This document shows, one piece after another, positions 14,341-30,462 of a stretch of 64,000 nt of DNA (the stretch's first letter is position 1; every line of letters starts with the position of its first letter). The translations under genes and the position numbers were made by a program. The notes beneath the pieces are model-generated. The model did no database searches, had not been told where the DNA came from, and saw nothing but the letters and a program-made list of their open reading frames with translations. The stretch lies in the NCBI GenBank assembly GCA_951406725.2, contig OX597814.1, forward strand, positions 157,294,001 through 157,358,000, written 5' to 3'. This stretch comes from Octopus vulgaris (lineage: Eukaryota).

Positions 14341-14834
14341 TAATAATACTTAGAGGTATTACTTCCACTGCTACGACCATGACCACTAACAACAACAACA
14401 ATACTAAAGGTGATCAAGACGAAGATAGCAGGAAAATTATCTTATTTAGGGTTAAAAGTTCTATTGCCACCACCATCACCACTAGCAACAATAATTAAGG
14501 TGCTGACAATGATGATGATGACAATTGAAATATAAAAATATAAAAATCTCTGACAAAGGATATTTACAACATTTCTAAAAATAACCCAACAATTGCTGCT
14601 TCGGCCAGGGTCAAGATACAGGACTCTTGACCTGTCCAACAAAGCGTGATGCCTAAACCAATCAGCTCAACCAACCAATCAGCTTAAGTAATTGAGTGAT
14701 ACTACACACTGATTGGTCAGAATACAGTTTGCAAAACCTAGCACTCTGGAGCCTACCCAGCTGTATTTATAGCACAGAATCACTCATCTTGCTACAGTCA
14801 AAAATTGTGAAGCATGACTGTCAACACTACTACA

Positions 14835-14879
14835 TGAACCCGAAGATTGCAGAATTCAATGCATGAAAGTACTAGTTCA
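14835..14879 (+). ncRNA. Minimal type I hammerhead in the PLE 3' tail (core variant CCGAAGA)
   Basis: tgaac-CCGAAGA-ttgca-gaattcaa-tgcat-GAAA-gtac-TA-gttca; ~500 nt after the PLE stop. Confidence 0.75.
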
Positions 14880-15545
14880 ATCAGAATGAATATTTAACAT
14901 TCTACTATTTCATTTTATTTTATTCAATTATAATATATTATCTTATAATATATCATTATAAGATTGTAAATAAAACGTGAAAATCAGACAAGGTTGGAAT
15001 TCTTTTTATTAATATATATATATATATATATGTATATATAAATTAGAAAATATACCTTTTATCAATTTAATAATGAAAAAATTAAATTATACCATTTAGA
15101 AAAAGATTACATCTTATAGAAAGATTAAATAAAATATAAAGCATATACAAATGATTACGTAAAGTGCAAAATAAAAATAATAGTTATAATTAAAAAGTAT
15201 ATATTTGGTAGAAAAACTACACGTGTTCGGTGGATTTATTTAAGAAATGATAACAGTAAAATTAATTCAATATAAATATAGTCACTCTTCACGTTAAAGA
15301 TAAATTAATTAATTAGATAAGTTAATAAATATACATATATAATCTTGTAAAATACGAAATATCTTAAGAAATATATTCTTGTGTAAATAAAAAAATAGAA
15401 TAAATTGGTATAAATATTTATTATATCTATAAAAATAAAATTTTAACATATTCAAGAAAAGAATAAACTATAATATATCTTTACTAGAAAATAAATTACA
15501 ATCAATTAAATTATTTAAAACAAAGATATATACATACATATATTT

Positions 15546-15658
<113 letters not shown>

Positions 15659-16391
15659 TATACATATATATATACATATATATATATATATACATATATA
15701 TACATATACATATATACATATATATATATACATATATATATATATAATACATCATGCACATTAAATGAAAACTAAACACTATAATTTGATCGATATACAA
15801 TAAGTTAAATTATTAATAAATTTATAGTTTATCTAATAAACTATAATATATCATTACTAGAAAATAAATTACAATTAATTAAGTTATTGAAAACAAATAT
15901 ATATATATATATATATATAATACAAAATATGCATTAAGTGAAAAGTAAATACTACAATTTAGTCGATATATTATAAATAAAATTATTAATTAATTAATTA
16001 ATTAATTAATTTAATAAATATCTAAATAAAATCTTATTCTCATTACGTAATGTATACCAAAAAACTTCACGTTAAGTAATATACAGAATGCTAGTACAAG
16101 CTAAAAATATTAGAATTAAAAATAGAAAATGGTTCAAATATATACATACCTATATATAAACTATCTATATTATTAATGTATATGTAATGTTTATAGATTT
16201 TATATTTTATTCTTTTATATAGTTGACCACAATATCAATTGATATTTAACATATTTACCTAAATGTAATACTACGTAATAAATAGACCACCTAACTATTT
16301 AATAATATATTGTCTTACAAAACTATTTCTCAAATTAAATTATATATAATACATTAAATCACATTATAAAAATAATAATAAACATAATAAA

Positions 16392-16636
16392 TGGCGCAGG
16401 AGTGGCTGTGTGGTAAGTAGCTTGCTAACCAACCACATGGTTCCGGGTTCAGTCCCACTGCGTGGCATCTTGGGCAAGTGACTTCTGCTATAGCCTCGGG
16501 TCGACCAAACTGAAAGAAGCCTGTCGTATATATGTATATATATATGTATGTGTGTGTATGTGTTTGTGTGTCTGTGTTTGTCCCCGAAGCATTGCTTGAC
16601 AACCGATGCTGGTGTGTTCACGTCCCCGTAACTTAG
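16392..16636 (+). mobile_element. tRNA-derived SINE, 5' part
   Basis: A-box-like tggctgtgtggt, B-box-like ggttcagtcc; body matches 30463-30730. Confidence 0.85.
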
Positions 16637-17250
16637 TCCTCAGCCGCCTGGATTACTGCTCACAGCTATGGTCATCCACCAGTGTAAAATTAACAGCGGA
16701 CCTTGAAGCAATCCAGAGAAGATTCACAAAGAAGGTCCTCTCTTTGCAACAGTTCAGCTACTGGGACAGGTTGAAACAGCTAAGACTCTACTCTCTGGAG
16801 AGAAGACGGGAGAGGTATGCAGTAATATATGTCTGGAAGATCTTGGAAGGAATTGTGCCAAATTTTGGCATTGTAAGCTACACCAATGCTAGAACGGGAC
16901 GACACTGCATAGTGCCAAAGATCCCAGCAATGCCATCACACTTCAGGACCAGCTTCTGCAACAGCCTGGGTTTCAAGGGCCCACAGCTTTTTAATATTCT
17001 CCCAAAAAGTCTGAGGAACTTGCACAAAGTAGATGTAGCAGTTTTTAAATCAAAGCTAGACATCTTCCTCTCGAGAGTCCCAGATAAACCTACATCACAG
17101 CAAGAGGTGTAAATGAGAGTAGCTGAATCAAACTCCATTCTTCACCAAATGCGACATATTAGAGGAGGTTCTTCGTAATAACAGTGTAGCGCAAAACGGC
17201 GGTGCACCAGCATGGCCGCAGCTCTAAGCTGAAACAACAAAAAACAAAAA
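16637..17250 (+). mobile_element. CR1-group LINE 3' fragment (family A)
   Basis: LSRLDYCSQLWS..LYSLERRRERY; close copy of 22983-23590. Confidence 0.9.
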
Positions 17251-17259
17251 CAAAAAATA

Positions 17260-17320
<61 letters not shown>

Positions 17321-17744
17321 AGATCGAACGAGAAACTACGTAGTTGTACAGTGACAGTCGTTCTAAATCACATTGGTATTTATCATGTTTCTACTTGCTG
17401 GGGACAAAACTTTTGCAAAGCTTGTGACTACTAAGTGCTCTGAACAGGTAAATAGCACACAAATGTCATTCCTACAGGTCATCAAATGAAGTTCAATGAG
17501 CATTTCGATCGCTTATTCTGCGGCATGTTACGGCAAGTTTAACACTTCTATAAGTGACTCTCCACTCAAAGAAAATGAAACACGCTCTAGATTTTCCCTA
17601 AATTGGAAATCATTATATCTATTATATTAGTCACGAAAAAATTTTGTTCATCGTTCATTTCAAAATAAATTTTATTTTACTCTGTCAATATTCTATACAA
17701 TGAATAAATTTACATGCCATATAAATACATATATATCTATCTCT

Positions 17745-17803
<59 letters not shown>

Positions 17804-17886
17804 GGTCCCGGGTTGATTCGGGGTTAACCACAGTAAGTAAGGTACTCAATACATAGCAGAGTAAAATTAATTTATTATATAGAAGG

Positions 17887-17937
17887 AGCTTCTACAGGAC
17901 TAGTACTGTTTCATTCAAGAGAAATCTTCAGGAAGCT
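17887..17937 (-). ncRNA. Type I hammerhead ribozyme
   Basis: Minus strand agcttc-CTGAAGA-tttc-tctt-gaat-GAAA-cag-tactagtc-ctg-TA-gaagct. Confidence 0.8.
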
Positions 17938-18306
17938 ATTTAACAAGAATTGTATTAGCATTTATACATTTAGGCAGGTTTAAAGGAGTGGTGGTGGGGG
18001 ACTTTTGGGGGTAGGCATAGCGCAAAATATCATACTTGGGGGAGTGGTCAAGGAGTCAGTGGTAAGTTAGATGAAAGAATAGATAAATAAAAAAATAAAA
18101 AAATAAAAAAATAAAAAAATAAAAAAATAAAAAAATAAAAAATATATATAAAAAAATATATATATATATAAAAATATATATATAAAAAAAATATATATAT
18201 AAAAAAAAGGGGGGATAGAGTTATAGGTAAATAAGGAGATTCTCACTTATACCTATACACACATGTATACGTATCTACACACACATACATACATACACAT
18301 ATATAT

Positions 18307-18361
<55 letters not shown>

Positions 18362-18888
18362 CACACATACATACATATCTACATACACACATACATACAC
18401 CCGCCCACATATACAAATTTATACACATGCACATGCCTATACCTGTCTACACATACACACACGTATATATGCATACACTCACTCCCATGCATGCACGCAT
18501 ACACACATGTATATATATATATATATATATATACCCACGACCACACATACATATATACACATAAAAATATATATTCATACGCACATACACTCATGCACAC
18601 ACAACACACCCAGTTCCCTATATACACATATTTACACCTATATATACATACACCCACATACACCTATGTACACATATATATATATAAACATATACACGCA
18701 TACATATATATACATGTGTGCACATACATACATACACACATATATACATACACATACACATACACATGTGTACCTATATGCATGTATGTATGGGTATATG
18801 CATGTGTATGTATGGGTATGTGTATCAGTGTATATGTATATATGTATGTGTGTGTGTATGTATATGTATGTATATGTGTATGTATGTA

Positions 18889-18931
<43 letters not shown>

Positions 18932-18990
18932 ATATGTGTGTATGTATGTGTATGTGTATGTATGTGTATATATATATATATATGTATATA

Positions 18991-19032
<42 letters not shown>

Positions 19033-19526
19033 AGTGAGTGTGTGTATGTATGCATATATGTATGTATGCAAGTATATGTGTATGTATATATATGTGTGTA
19101 AGTGTGTGCATATATGTATATGTAAGTATGTGTGCGCGTATGAGTATGTATGTATGCTTGCACACGTGTATGTATATGTGTGTGTGTGTGTATATATATG
19201 GATGCGCGTGCGTGTGTGCACGTGTATGGGTACGCATGTATATGTGTATGTGCGTGTATGCGTATACGTGTATGTATGTATGTGTGTGCGTAGATTTGTA
19301 TATGTATGTGTGAGTGTGTATATATATATATATATATATACATATATATAGATGGGTGTGTGTATGCGTATAAATGCATGTAAGTATGGATGTATGGATG
19401 TATGTATGTATGTATACGTATGTATGTGTGTATGTGTGTATGTATATATATATGTGTGTATATATGTTTGTGTATGTATATATATGTGTATGTATGTGTG
19501 TGTATATGTATGTGTGTATGTGTATG

Positions 19527-19570
<44 letters not shown>

Positions 19571-20442
19571 TATGTATCTGTATGTAGGAGTATATATGTG
19601 TGTGTGTGTATGTATATGTGGGTATATATATATATATATGTATATTTATTGGTGTATATGTATAGACTAGCCTCCTAAAGTGTAGACACGAATCTGTAGG
19701 TACGAGTACGTATGTGTATATACGTGAACGTATGTAGATGTTTGTATGTATGAATATAACGCGTGCGTACGTGTATGTGTATGAGTGTACGAATGGGTGA
19801 ATGTATGTGCTAATGAGTGTGCGTGCGGGAATGAGTACTTGCCTTCTAGTAGACAGACAAATGGACATGCAGCCATTGCCAGGATTCTTAGCTCTAGCGA
19901 TTAAAGATAACAAAAGTAATAAATGAAGATAATAAAATTAAAATTAGGGAATGGGCCTGTATTGGATTGTATATATATATATGTATATGTATATTTGTAT
20001 GTATGTATGTGTGTATGTGTAGGTATGTATAGGTACACATGTGTATGTGTATGTGTATGTATATATGTGTGTATGTATGTATGTGCACACATGTATATAT
20101 ATGTATGCGTGTATATGTTTATATATATATATGTGTACATAGGTGTATGTGGGTGTATGTATATATAGGTGTAAATATGTGTATATAGGGAACTGGGTGT
20201 GTTGTGTGTGCATGAGTGTATGTGCGTATGAATATATATTTTTATGTGTATATATGTATGTGTGGTCGTGGGTATATATATATATATATATACATGTGTG
20301 TATGCGTGCATGCATGGGAGTGAGTGTATGCATATATACGTGTGTGTATGTGTAGACAGGTATAGGCATGTGCATGTGTATAAATTTGTATATGTGGGCG
20401 GGTGTATGTATGTGTGTATGTAGATATGTATGTATGTGTGTA

Positions 20443-20493
<51 letters not shown>

Positions 20494-20858
20494 ATATATA
20501 TGTGTATGTATGTATGTGTGTGTAGATACGTATACATGTGTGTATAGGTATAAGTGAGAATCTCCTTATTTACCTATAACTCTATCCCCCCTTTTTTTTA
20601 TATATATATTTTTTTTATATATATATTTTTATATATATATTTTTTTATATATATTTTTTATTTTTTTATTTTTTTATTTTTTTATTTTTTTATTTTTTTA
20701 TTTTTTTATTTATCTATTCTTTCATCTAACTTACCACTGACTCCTTGACCACTCCCCCAAGTATGATATTTTGCGCTATGCCTACCCCCAAAAGTCCCCC
20801 ACCACCACTCCTTTAAACCTGCCTAAATGTATAAATGCTAATACAATTCTTGTTAAAT

Positions 20859-20909
20859 AGCTTCCTGAAGATTTCTCTTGAATGAAACAGTACTAGTCCT
20901 GTAGAAGCT
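20859..20909 (+). ncRNA. Type I hammerhead ribozyme (inverted copy of 17887-17937)
   Basis: Same motif on the plus strand. Confidence 0.8.
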
Positions 20910-20920
20910 CCTTCTATATA

Positions 20921-22314
<1,394 letters not shown>

Positions 22315-22336
22315 TATATGTATATATATATATACG

Positions 22337-22377
<41 letters not shown>

Positions 22378-22494
22378 ATATATATAAATATATATATGTG
22401 TACATATATATATATGTATATATATGTGTATATATATATGTATATATGTATATATGTATATATATATATGTATATATATATGTATATATATATA

Positions 22495-22532
<38 letters not shown>

Positions 22533-22644
22533 CATATATATATACGTTTATATATTTGTTGTGCAAGATTTTTTATGTGAAGTCGTGTGTTGAAACAGAT
22601 ATTGTTATATTTCGGATTGGCCATTTTGCCAGTTTAGCCAATAC

Positions 22645-23590
22645 AGAACCCCAGCGCTGTTGCACACCTGCAGCAGGAGTTGGACTCAATCTACAGATGG
22701 GCTGAGGATAATAATATGCAGTTTAATGCTAAAAAATTCCAGGCCCTGCGCTACCAGCATCCCAAACTGAATATTAAACTTACAAGATACACCGGTCCAC
22801 AGGGAATTTCAATCCCAGAGCCTAAGTCTGTGAGGGACCTGGGTATCGACATGAGTGATGATACCTCTTTCCAAGTGCACATTACCAGGATGGCAACAAA
22901 GTGCAGACGACTGGCTGGGTGGATCCTAAGAACATTCAGAACCAGAAATAAGGAACCCATGATGGTCCTCTGGTGGACATTTGTCCTCAGTCGCCTGGAT
23001 TACTGCTCACAGCTATGGTCACCCACCAGTGTAAAATTAACAGCAGACCTTGAAGCAATCCAGAGAAGATTCACAAAGAAGGTCGTCTCTTTGCAACAGC
23101 TCAGCTACTGGGAAAGGTTGAAAAAGCTAAGACTCTACTCCCTGGAGAGAAGACGGGAGAGGTATGCAGTAATATATGTCTGGAAGATCTTGGAAGGAAT
23201 TGTGCCAAATTTTGGCATTGTAAGCTACACCAATGCTAGAACGGGACGACACTGCATAGTGCCAAAGATCCCAGCAATGCCATCACGCTTCAGGACCAGC
23301 TTCTGCAACAGCCTGTGTTTTTTAGAGGGCCCACAGCTTTTTAATATTCTCCCAAAGAGTCTGAGGAACTTGCACAAAGTAGATGTAGCGGTTTTTAAAT
23401 CAAAGCTGGACATCTTCCTGTCAAGAGTCCCTGACGAACCTACCTCACGGCAAGAAGTGCAAATGAGAGTAGCTGAATCAAACTCCATTCTTCACCAAAT
23501 GCGACATATTAGACGAGGTTCGTTGCAATAACAGTGTAGCACAAAACGGCGGTGCATCAGCATGGCCGCAGCTCTAAGCTGAAACTAGAA
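22645..23590 (+). mobile_element. CR1-group LINE 3' fragment (family A), frame open to 23531
   Basis: WAEDNNMQFNAKK, VRDLGI, LDYCSQLWSP, LYSLERRRERY; tail gcggtgcatcagcatggccgcagctctaagctgaaac. Confidence 0.92.
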
Positions 23591-23599
23591 AAAAAAACA

Positions 23600-23702
<103 letters not shown>

Positions 23703-23902
23703 GTACATGTATATATATATTTCGATAGGTGAATGAATTATCCCATGTTTACCGTGAACATGGAAAATTCAACTAACTCTTACTAGGGCTGCAAATTCAC
23801 GTTAGAAACACGGTTGAAGCGACCTATCCAAAGGTAGCAACTCCCGGTCATGTGCAATAATTTGTGTGTTATAGATGAATAAATAAATAAAGGCTCTCTT
23901 TC

Positions 23903-23982
23903 TTTCCTGATGAGAAGATTGCATCTTACACCGTTTATTTCTTTGGAAAAGAACCATGTTGTCTTCGAAACATATGTCGAAA
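23903..23982 (+). ncRNA. Type I hammerhead with extended loop II
   Basis: tttc-CTGATGA-gaaga-(~43 nt)-tcttc-GAAA-catatg-TC-gaaa; GUC cleavage triplet, palindromic stem III. Confidence 0.8.
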
Positions 23983-24036
23983 ATAAAGGAAATTTATTAA
24001 CATCTACGTTCAACTCCATTTATTTATTTATACATC

Positions 24037-24093
<57 letters not shown>

Positions 24094-24113
24094 GTATATG
24101 TATATATATATAT

Positions 24114-24876
24114 AACTTAGAATAACTTAGAAAGGTTTTGGCCAGTATTGGCCCAGGCCATGTCTAACTTAGTAGCACCACCTGGCGAAGTCTTTCAATT
24201 AAGGATTTGGGAACCGAGGCCCATTCCAGCAGAGAGTTATTGCTTGCGGAGACATATCCGGGTGTGGGTGGTTTGTCCGGGACTGTTTGAAGGAATTTGT
24301 CCAAAGACTTCTTGAATTTTGTGTAGTCAGGTTCTGTTTTGACGTGTCCTGGTGTAATGTTGAAGAGAGCGGGTCCAATTGAGGTGAAATAATTGTGCCG
24401 TATTGTCGTTATGTGATGCGATTTAGATTTTTGTTGTGGATGGATGGCACATGGCCCAAGCCTTGCATGTATTTTGAAGGTGATGCCAACATCATTCGGA
24501 CAGTGCTGATGGAATATTTTCCACATCATACAGATAATGTAGCGTTCACGGCGTCGTTGGAGTCAATACAGTTTCAGCTTCTCTTGTCTACCCCAGTAGT
24601 CAAGGTCTGACATGCCATCTATCTTTTTTGTGATTTACCTTTGGGGAGCTTTATTTCTCATAATATTTTGTTTTGTGTAGGGAGACCACAGTGGACAGCA
24701 GTATTCAAGGTGAGGTCGGGCAAAAGTGGAGAAGAGAAAGATAATAGCGTGGGAATCTCTCGACTGGAAGGTTCTGAGAATCTAGGAACACATTCTGCGG
24801 GCCATGTCAACTTTGCTGCTTATATGTGTAGCCCAGCTTATGTTGTTGTCCACTGTTACTCCCAAGTCTCTGATGT
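24114..24876 (-). mobile_element. CR1-group LINE 3' fragment (family B)
   Basis: [28 protein letters not shown] matches the element at 51625-53055; short tandem tail ttctaagtta. Confidence 0.9.
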
Positions 24877-24926
24877 ATATGTATATATATATATATATCT
24901 ATATATATATGTATATATATATATAT

Positions 24927-26109
24927 ATCTGTAAATCTCTTATTATAAAAGGCAGATTTTATCTGCCTCCCTTTGGGAGTTATACAAATCTACAATATAG
25001 GATTTCTTCAATTACAATTTACCTAGCAGTTTTAAGAGTACAATGCATCGCGTCATGCCAGGTCCAGTTTTTAAAATTTAAACTCCAATTAAGCAAAATT
25101 TACAGAAAACTCACATTCTGGTGTGTGTGTCAAATGCTTTTCTTAGTCTGGTTTACACCACACGCAAACGCACACACACAGTGGGCAACGAATAAAATGA
25201 AAGTAAATGTAATATTTGTTTCTGTCTATCACGCTGATAGATACATGAGTAAAATGTATGGGAAGCTAACAGATAACAGTGAGTGAAAATGTTCTTGGAA
25301 GAGAGTAAATTAGCGACAGTGATTTGAGGAAGACTAAACTGAAACTATGAAACAGTGTTTATGTATAAACAGACGACACTTATATAAACCCTTTCGTTAC
25401 CAAACCGCCCGAATTTACCTATTCATATTTAAATGAGAATATCAGAGTAAATCTCTTTAGTACATTCGTGAAAACACGTATTATACTTCGTAAACACTTC
25501 AAATACAGTTTTGTACAAAAATCGAAGTGTAATTTTAATTCCGTGAATTATGGGAGATTTTTTTCCGAAATTTGTTCCTATTGTGTTTTCAAAATTTGTA
25601 ATTCTGACAAAAAATGGATACGAATTTCATTATATCAAGCAGCGAGTCAGAATTCGAAGGATTTTCTACTGAAGACCTTCATAAATCTAACTCTATGACT
25701 GAAAAAAAAAGGCATCTTTATATAAGAGTGAAGTTGTGTGTCTGTCCCCTTCGATTTACATTCGTAATTACTCCCACATTTTGCGGTGCAGTTTAACCAA
25801 AAGCGGGTATCTTATAGACGTGATTCATATCGAGCCCTTCTGGGTATTAGCGCGCGTCTACGATGAGTCTACGATTTAAAAAAAAATTACCATCATATTT
25901 TTCCATTTTAATGCATTTTTTTCGCTTTTATATAAGGAAAGTAACTCTCTAAAAATATCTACGATGTGTCAACGATTTAAAAAAAATTTACCTTAATTTT
26001 TTTTCAATTTTTAATGCATTTTTTTTGCTATTTTTTGGCTATAACTCTCTAAAAATGCTTATATAGTTATTTCCCTTACAACCCGAGCAACGCCGGGCGA
26101 TACTGCTAG
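24927..26109 (+). mobile_element. Non-autonomous Helitron-like element(s) with an internal piggyBac-like fragment
   Basis: 3' GC hairpin cccgagcaacgccggg then CTAG|T at 26106-26110; TC-start-like segments near 24927 and 25715; aaccctttcgttacc at ~25387 and acidic SSSESEFEGF resemble a piggyBac 5' end. Confidence 0.65.
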
Positions 26110-26167
26110 TATATATATATAAATATATATATATGTATATATATATGAATATATGTATATATATATA

Positions 26168-26259
<92 letters not shown>

Positions 26260-26451
26260 TATATATATATATATGTGTATGTGTGTGTTTGTATGTATTG
26301 TTAAACGGAGATTAATATTATGAAATACAGTAAATACATAAATGTAGAAATGTAATACATGTAAAAATGTCCGACTTACACAGAATACAAATGATATTGA
26401 GAATTAAAAGTGTTGTATATATATATATATATATATATTTATATGTACACA

Positions 26452-26677
26452 GGCAGCGAGCTGGTAGAAACGTTAGCACGCCGGGCGAAATGCGTTGCCG
26501 TATTACGTCTGCCGTTACGTTCTGAGTTCAAATTCCGCCGAGGTCGACTTTGCCTTTCATCCTTCCGGGGTCGATAAATTAAGTACCAGTTACGCTCTGG
26601 GGTCGATGTAATCGACTTAATCCCTTTGTCTGTCCTTGTTTGTCTCCTCTGTGTTTAGCCTCTTGTGGGTAGTAAAG

Positions 26678-26680
<3 letters not shown>
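26452..26680 (+). mobile_element. tRNA-derived SINE of a second family (Meta-domain-like)
   Basis: B-box gagttcaaatt; central gccgaggtcgactttgcctttcatccttccggggtcgataaa; tail ending taaagaaata. Confidence 0.8.
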
Positions 26681-26750
<70 letters not shown>

Positions 26751-27630
26751 TATGTGTGTGTCTATGTGTATTTTCGTGCGTGTGTGTATAAACTATCACC
26801 TATTCATTAGTCCCCCTAAAAATGACACGCTAAAATATATTTGGGCAGTAATACTTAGTGTAGTCGTTGATTATGGTCAGTCCGATAATTATCAGTGGTT
26901 TCACGTCCATTGTTACTCTGGGCAATATAGATTACTCATAACAGTTACTAATTGAAGGCATAGAACCTCTTTACAAATGGCGGTAAAACACACTCTTAGT
27001 CATCCAGGCTAGTGAAAAATAACGAGAAATAAGACTCTGAAACGAAATTCTCTGAAGTAAAATTTTGCTTTGGCTGAGATGAATTTATCTCCCTTTGACC
27101 ACTCCCATTTGTGTCCGTACAATGTTTTTTTATGCCCTATTTCCGTTCATGAGTTAGCAAGCGGAGAATTCCAGGTCTCCAGCATGAATTTTCTCTGATG
27201 TGGACCCCAGCTAAATATCTTACATTTGGAAATTTAGGGTCAATAGAATTTTCTTCAATTCCAGAAGTGAGATGTTTTGCCAGTGCCCACATGGGAGAAC
27301 ATTTACGTTGAAGACATGGAATTCCTCGTCTACTGACTAGCGGACGGAATTCTTACATAAACTGACACTTTCTGGACACAAATGAAACCAATCAATGCAG
27401 ATAACTCCGTCTCACCCAGAAGGTTTCTTTCCTACACAGCATTTCGTTAATGTGTAATTTTCACAACCCACATTGAGTAAAATATTTCCATTAATAAGAA
27501 GGTAATGTGCCTCCAGCCATTAGCTCTAGCGTGACGCCACTATAGTTAAGAATAATAATAAACGTAAAACCAATGGCAACATTCTGACTGATTTTAATCA
27601 ACGACGTGTGTGTAATTACGATTGTTTCAG

Positions 27631-27881
27631 CTACATTTTTCGTATAACTATCTGACATATTTGTCTCCCAATCCGCAGTGTTTTACAATGAAGATCATTC
27701 CATCTGTAATTCTGGGTTTTTATGAAGCCTACACTGTTTTCACTGCCAATAGTATTGGAGGGATTATCCTCACTCCAGAAATCAAAAATGTTTGCTTCTC
27801 CATTCTGCCATACAAAGATTTTCTTAGTAAGATCTTTGCACAACCCAATATAGAAATGGCAAAATATTTGCGGCTCTGGAA
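27631..27881 (-). CDS. Exon 3 of PAN/Apple-C-type lectin gene (CTLD C-terminal half)
   Basis: Acceptor ttttgttttcAG, phase 1; FYIGL..FVWQNG..FW..NPS..WNDLHC..QICQ; stop TAG at 27631. Confidence 0.88.
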
Positions 27882-28934
27882 CTGAAAACAAAAGCAAAAA
27901 GAAAAAATTATATATATTGATTAATAATCGGCTTGTTGGAACTTGTTTATAATTCGATGTATATTTGACCATTATATTGTCTTGCTTCAATTGTAGTAGT
28001 AGTAGCTGCTGCTATAGTTTAGCCCCTGTTTAGCACTGATACGTCATGGAATTCTGCCTTATTTGTGTTGACAGTGTATGTTTGACTGTATTCTCTTATT
28101 CGAGAAAGTTGATTGCCGTCTCTCGTAAGTTGAATGGTCACTCAGCGTAGATATTTTCACACACAAAGCCGCAGCTCACCGAGAACTTGCATTTGATTCC
28201 CTGGTATGCTCCATGTTTCTGGGTAGTCAGAAAATTACAAAATATTTTGAAGCGAGGCAAAATGCAATGCGCATCGCTATCCTCGTTTAAAAATAATACT
28301 TATAAATAGAAACGGACATGCGAACATTCGTACCTACCATTTCAAAATCTAACGGACGAACTTACTTAACCCCATTCAGCGTGCTTTGAATTGGAAAAGT
28401 TTGAAAATCGGCATAATTGGCTAAAGCATATTTCCACGTTTCTGATACAAATATAAACTTAACAACTTGTTTCAATTAAAATAAAACTAGCAATCTTAAC
28501 ATTCATGCATACTGGTTTCAGCAATTGAACTACAGTTACACTGTCTTAGTCTTATAACTATTGCATAGAAAATACGGCTATTTGCAAACTAGAAATGAAA
28601 TAAAGTCGGCTTAGGAATGCTGAAATCAGATTTTGCCGGGAGAGTGTTATCTGATAAAATAAGTGTTCCGTCAGAGTCGATTTAATCGACTTTGGCTCCC
28701 CAAATCTTTGTGCTTTGAGTAAATAACAGAAACCAGTATATGTAGGAAGTCGGAATTTACTGGCTTATCGAAATAGATAGAGCCATTATGTATACAAAAT
28801 TTACATGGGTAAAAGAAGATTCATTTAATATCTTAGACCGATACGATTTTCTCATTGTTCATAAATGAGGTGATTATAATGAAAGAGCTAGAAAAAACAA
28901 CCGTAGCAGCAACGGTAGCAACAACAATAGTATT

Positions 28935-28947
28935 ATTAGTATTGGTT

Positions 28948-28982
<35 letters not shown>

Positions 28983-29016
28983 TGTTGTTGTTGTTGTAGT
29001 AGTAGTAGTAGTAATT

Positions 29017-29052
<36 letters not shown>

Positions 29053-29061
29053 ATAGTAGTG

Positions 29062-29107
<46 letters not shown>
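28935..29107. repeat. (GTA)n/(GTT)n compound microsatellite, intronic
   Basis: Directly visible. Confidence 0.95.
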
Positions 29108-30462
29108 CCTCGGATTGCTCCAAGCAAGAAGACGACTTCATATGAAAGACACCTCATTCTTGACACCAGTCTTTTTGTGCATAACTACGTGCACGAGGCC
29201 TTATATGTCGTTATTTTCTCGTGACTGTAGGTGCGACTTAAAGATAATTTAACTGTGGTTTCTAGCCGGTCGAACAACACTGATGTTCCGAGAAATATTG
29301 TATTTGACAATCTGAAGGGATTGCATACAGAATAGCCAGAGAATGGAAATTGAATTTGCTCATGATCTTTTACCAGATATATTACCTCAGAGAAATATAA
29401 GTATGAATGTTAGGATTCTTAAACCCCAAAGTTAACAACAAGCATTTACTGTTATAGTTTTAGTTCTAATTGTTCTTTTATTATTTCTTTTGATAGTTTC
29501 GTTGAGTATTAAGCTGAAACATAAATTGTTAATGACTTTTTACGTTGTGAATTTATATCCCGCCCAGGTCAACTTCACCTTATATTTCTCCGCTATCAAT
29601 GTAATAGACCCGCCTCAAATTTTAGGTTATATATTCTTGTTATTAACGTAGATGCTGAAATCTGTTTATGGATCTTTGTGGCTTGAGAACCGTTACATGT
29701 TCATCATATATATAACTAATTATTTACAATGAAGAAAGTTGAACTAACTAATATGGTAGGTAAATTATTTATTTAGTCTCTTTGCATATGAATTCACTAC
29801 TGAAGAGAATTAAACTTTCATATTATTTAAATTTGAAAGGATGCTTCTTATGAATTTGCTGATCAATTAAATCGACACTAAAGATTTACTATACGCATTG
29901 GCGCTATGTCGATTAAAACCAAAATCAAAATTCATAAAGGGATCCATTTCGTTGAGACTATGTTTATATTGTCAGTAATGTTCCTGCAATAAGGTAATTC
30001 AATGCTCTAAACCGTCATGACAATTGTCTTTACTAATATTGAAGAGGGTGTAGTCCAAAAGATGTTACATAATACGAAAACATTGGTTGAAAAGAAATTA
30101 CATTCTGTAAAATCTCCAACAATTTATAACAATACGATTTATAACAAAATATTTCCATTGTCTCAACATTCTACTCGAATTTGAATATGTAACAAACAGA
30201 ATAAAATCTAAAATAGATCATAACTGAAGTATTTTTGAACTGGCAAAGTTATTTTCTTTTGAAACTCATTGACAATAAATGACAATTCTTTAAAACACAT
30301 ATATGAAATTAAATGATTGCATTCGATATTTTATCGAAACTTGGTGTATTTTCTCATCGAAAAAGAAATAATCAGAGTAGAAAGTACAAATATGAGAAAA
30401 ATTAGAAGTAAAACGGAATGTAATTTGCGAAATGGCATAAAATTTTAAATGAAAATATTAGC

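Noticed and set aside
28833-29166. Poly-Thr/Val/Tyr ORFs, possibly a mucin-like exon of the lectin
   Set aside because: Trinucleotide microsatellite; exons 2 and 3 already join in frame within one domain
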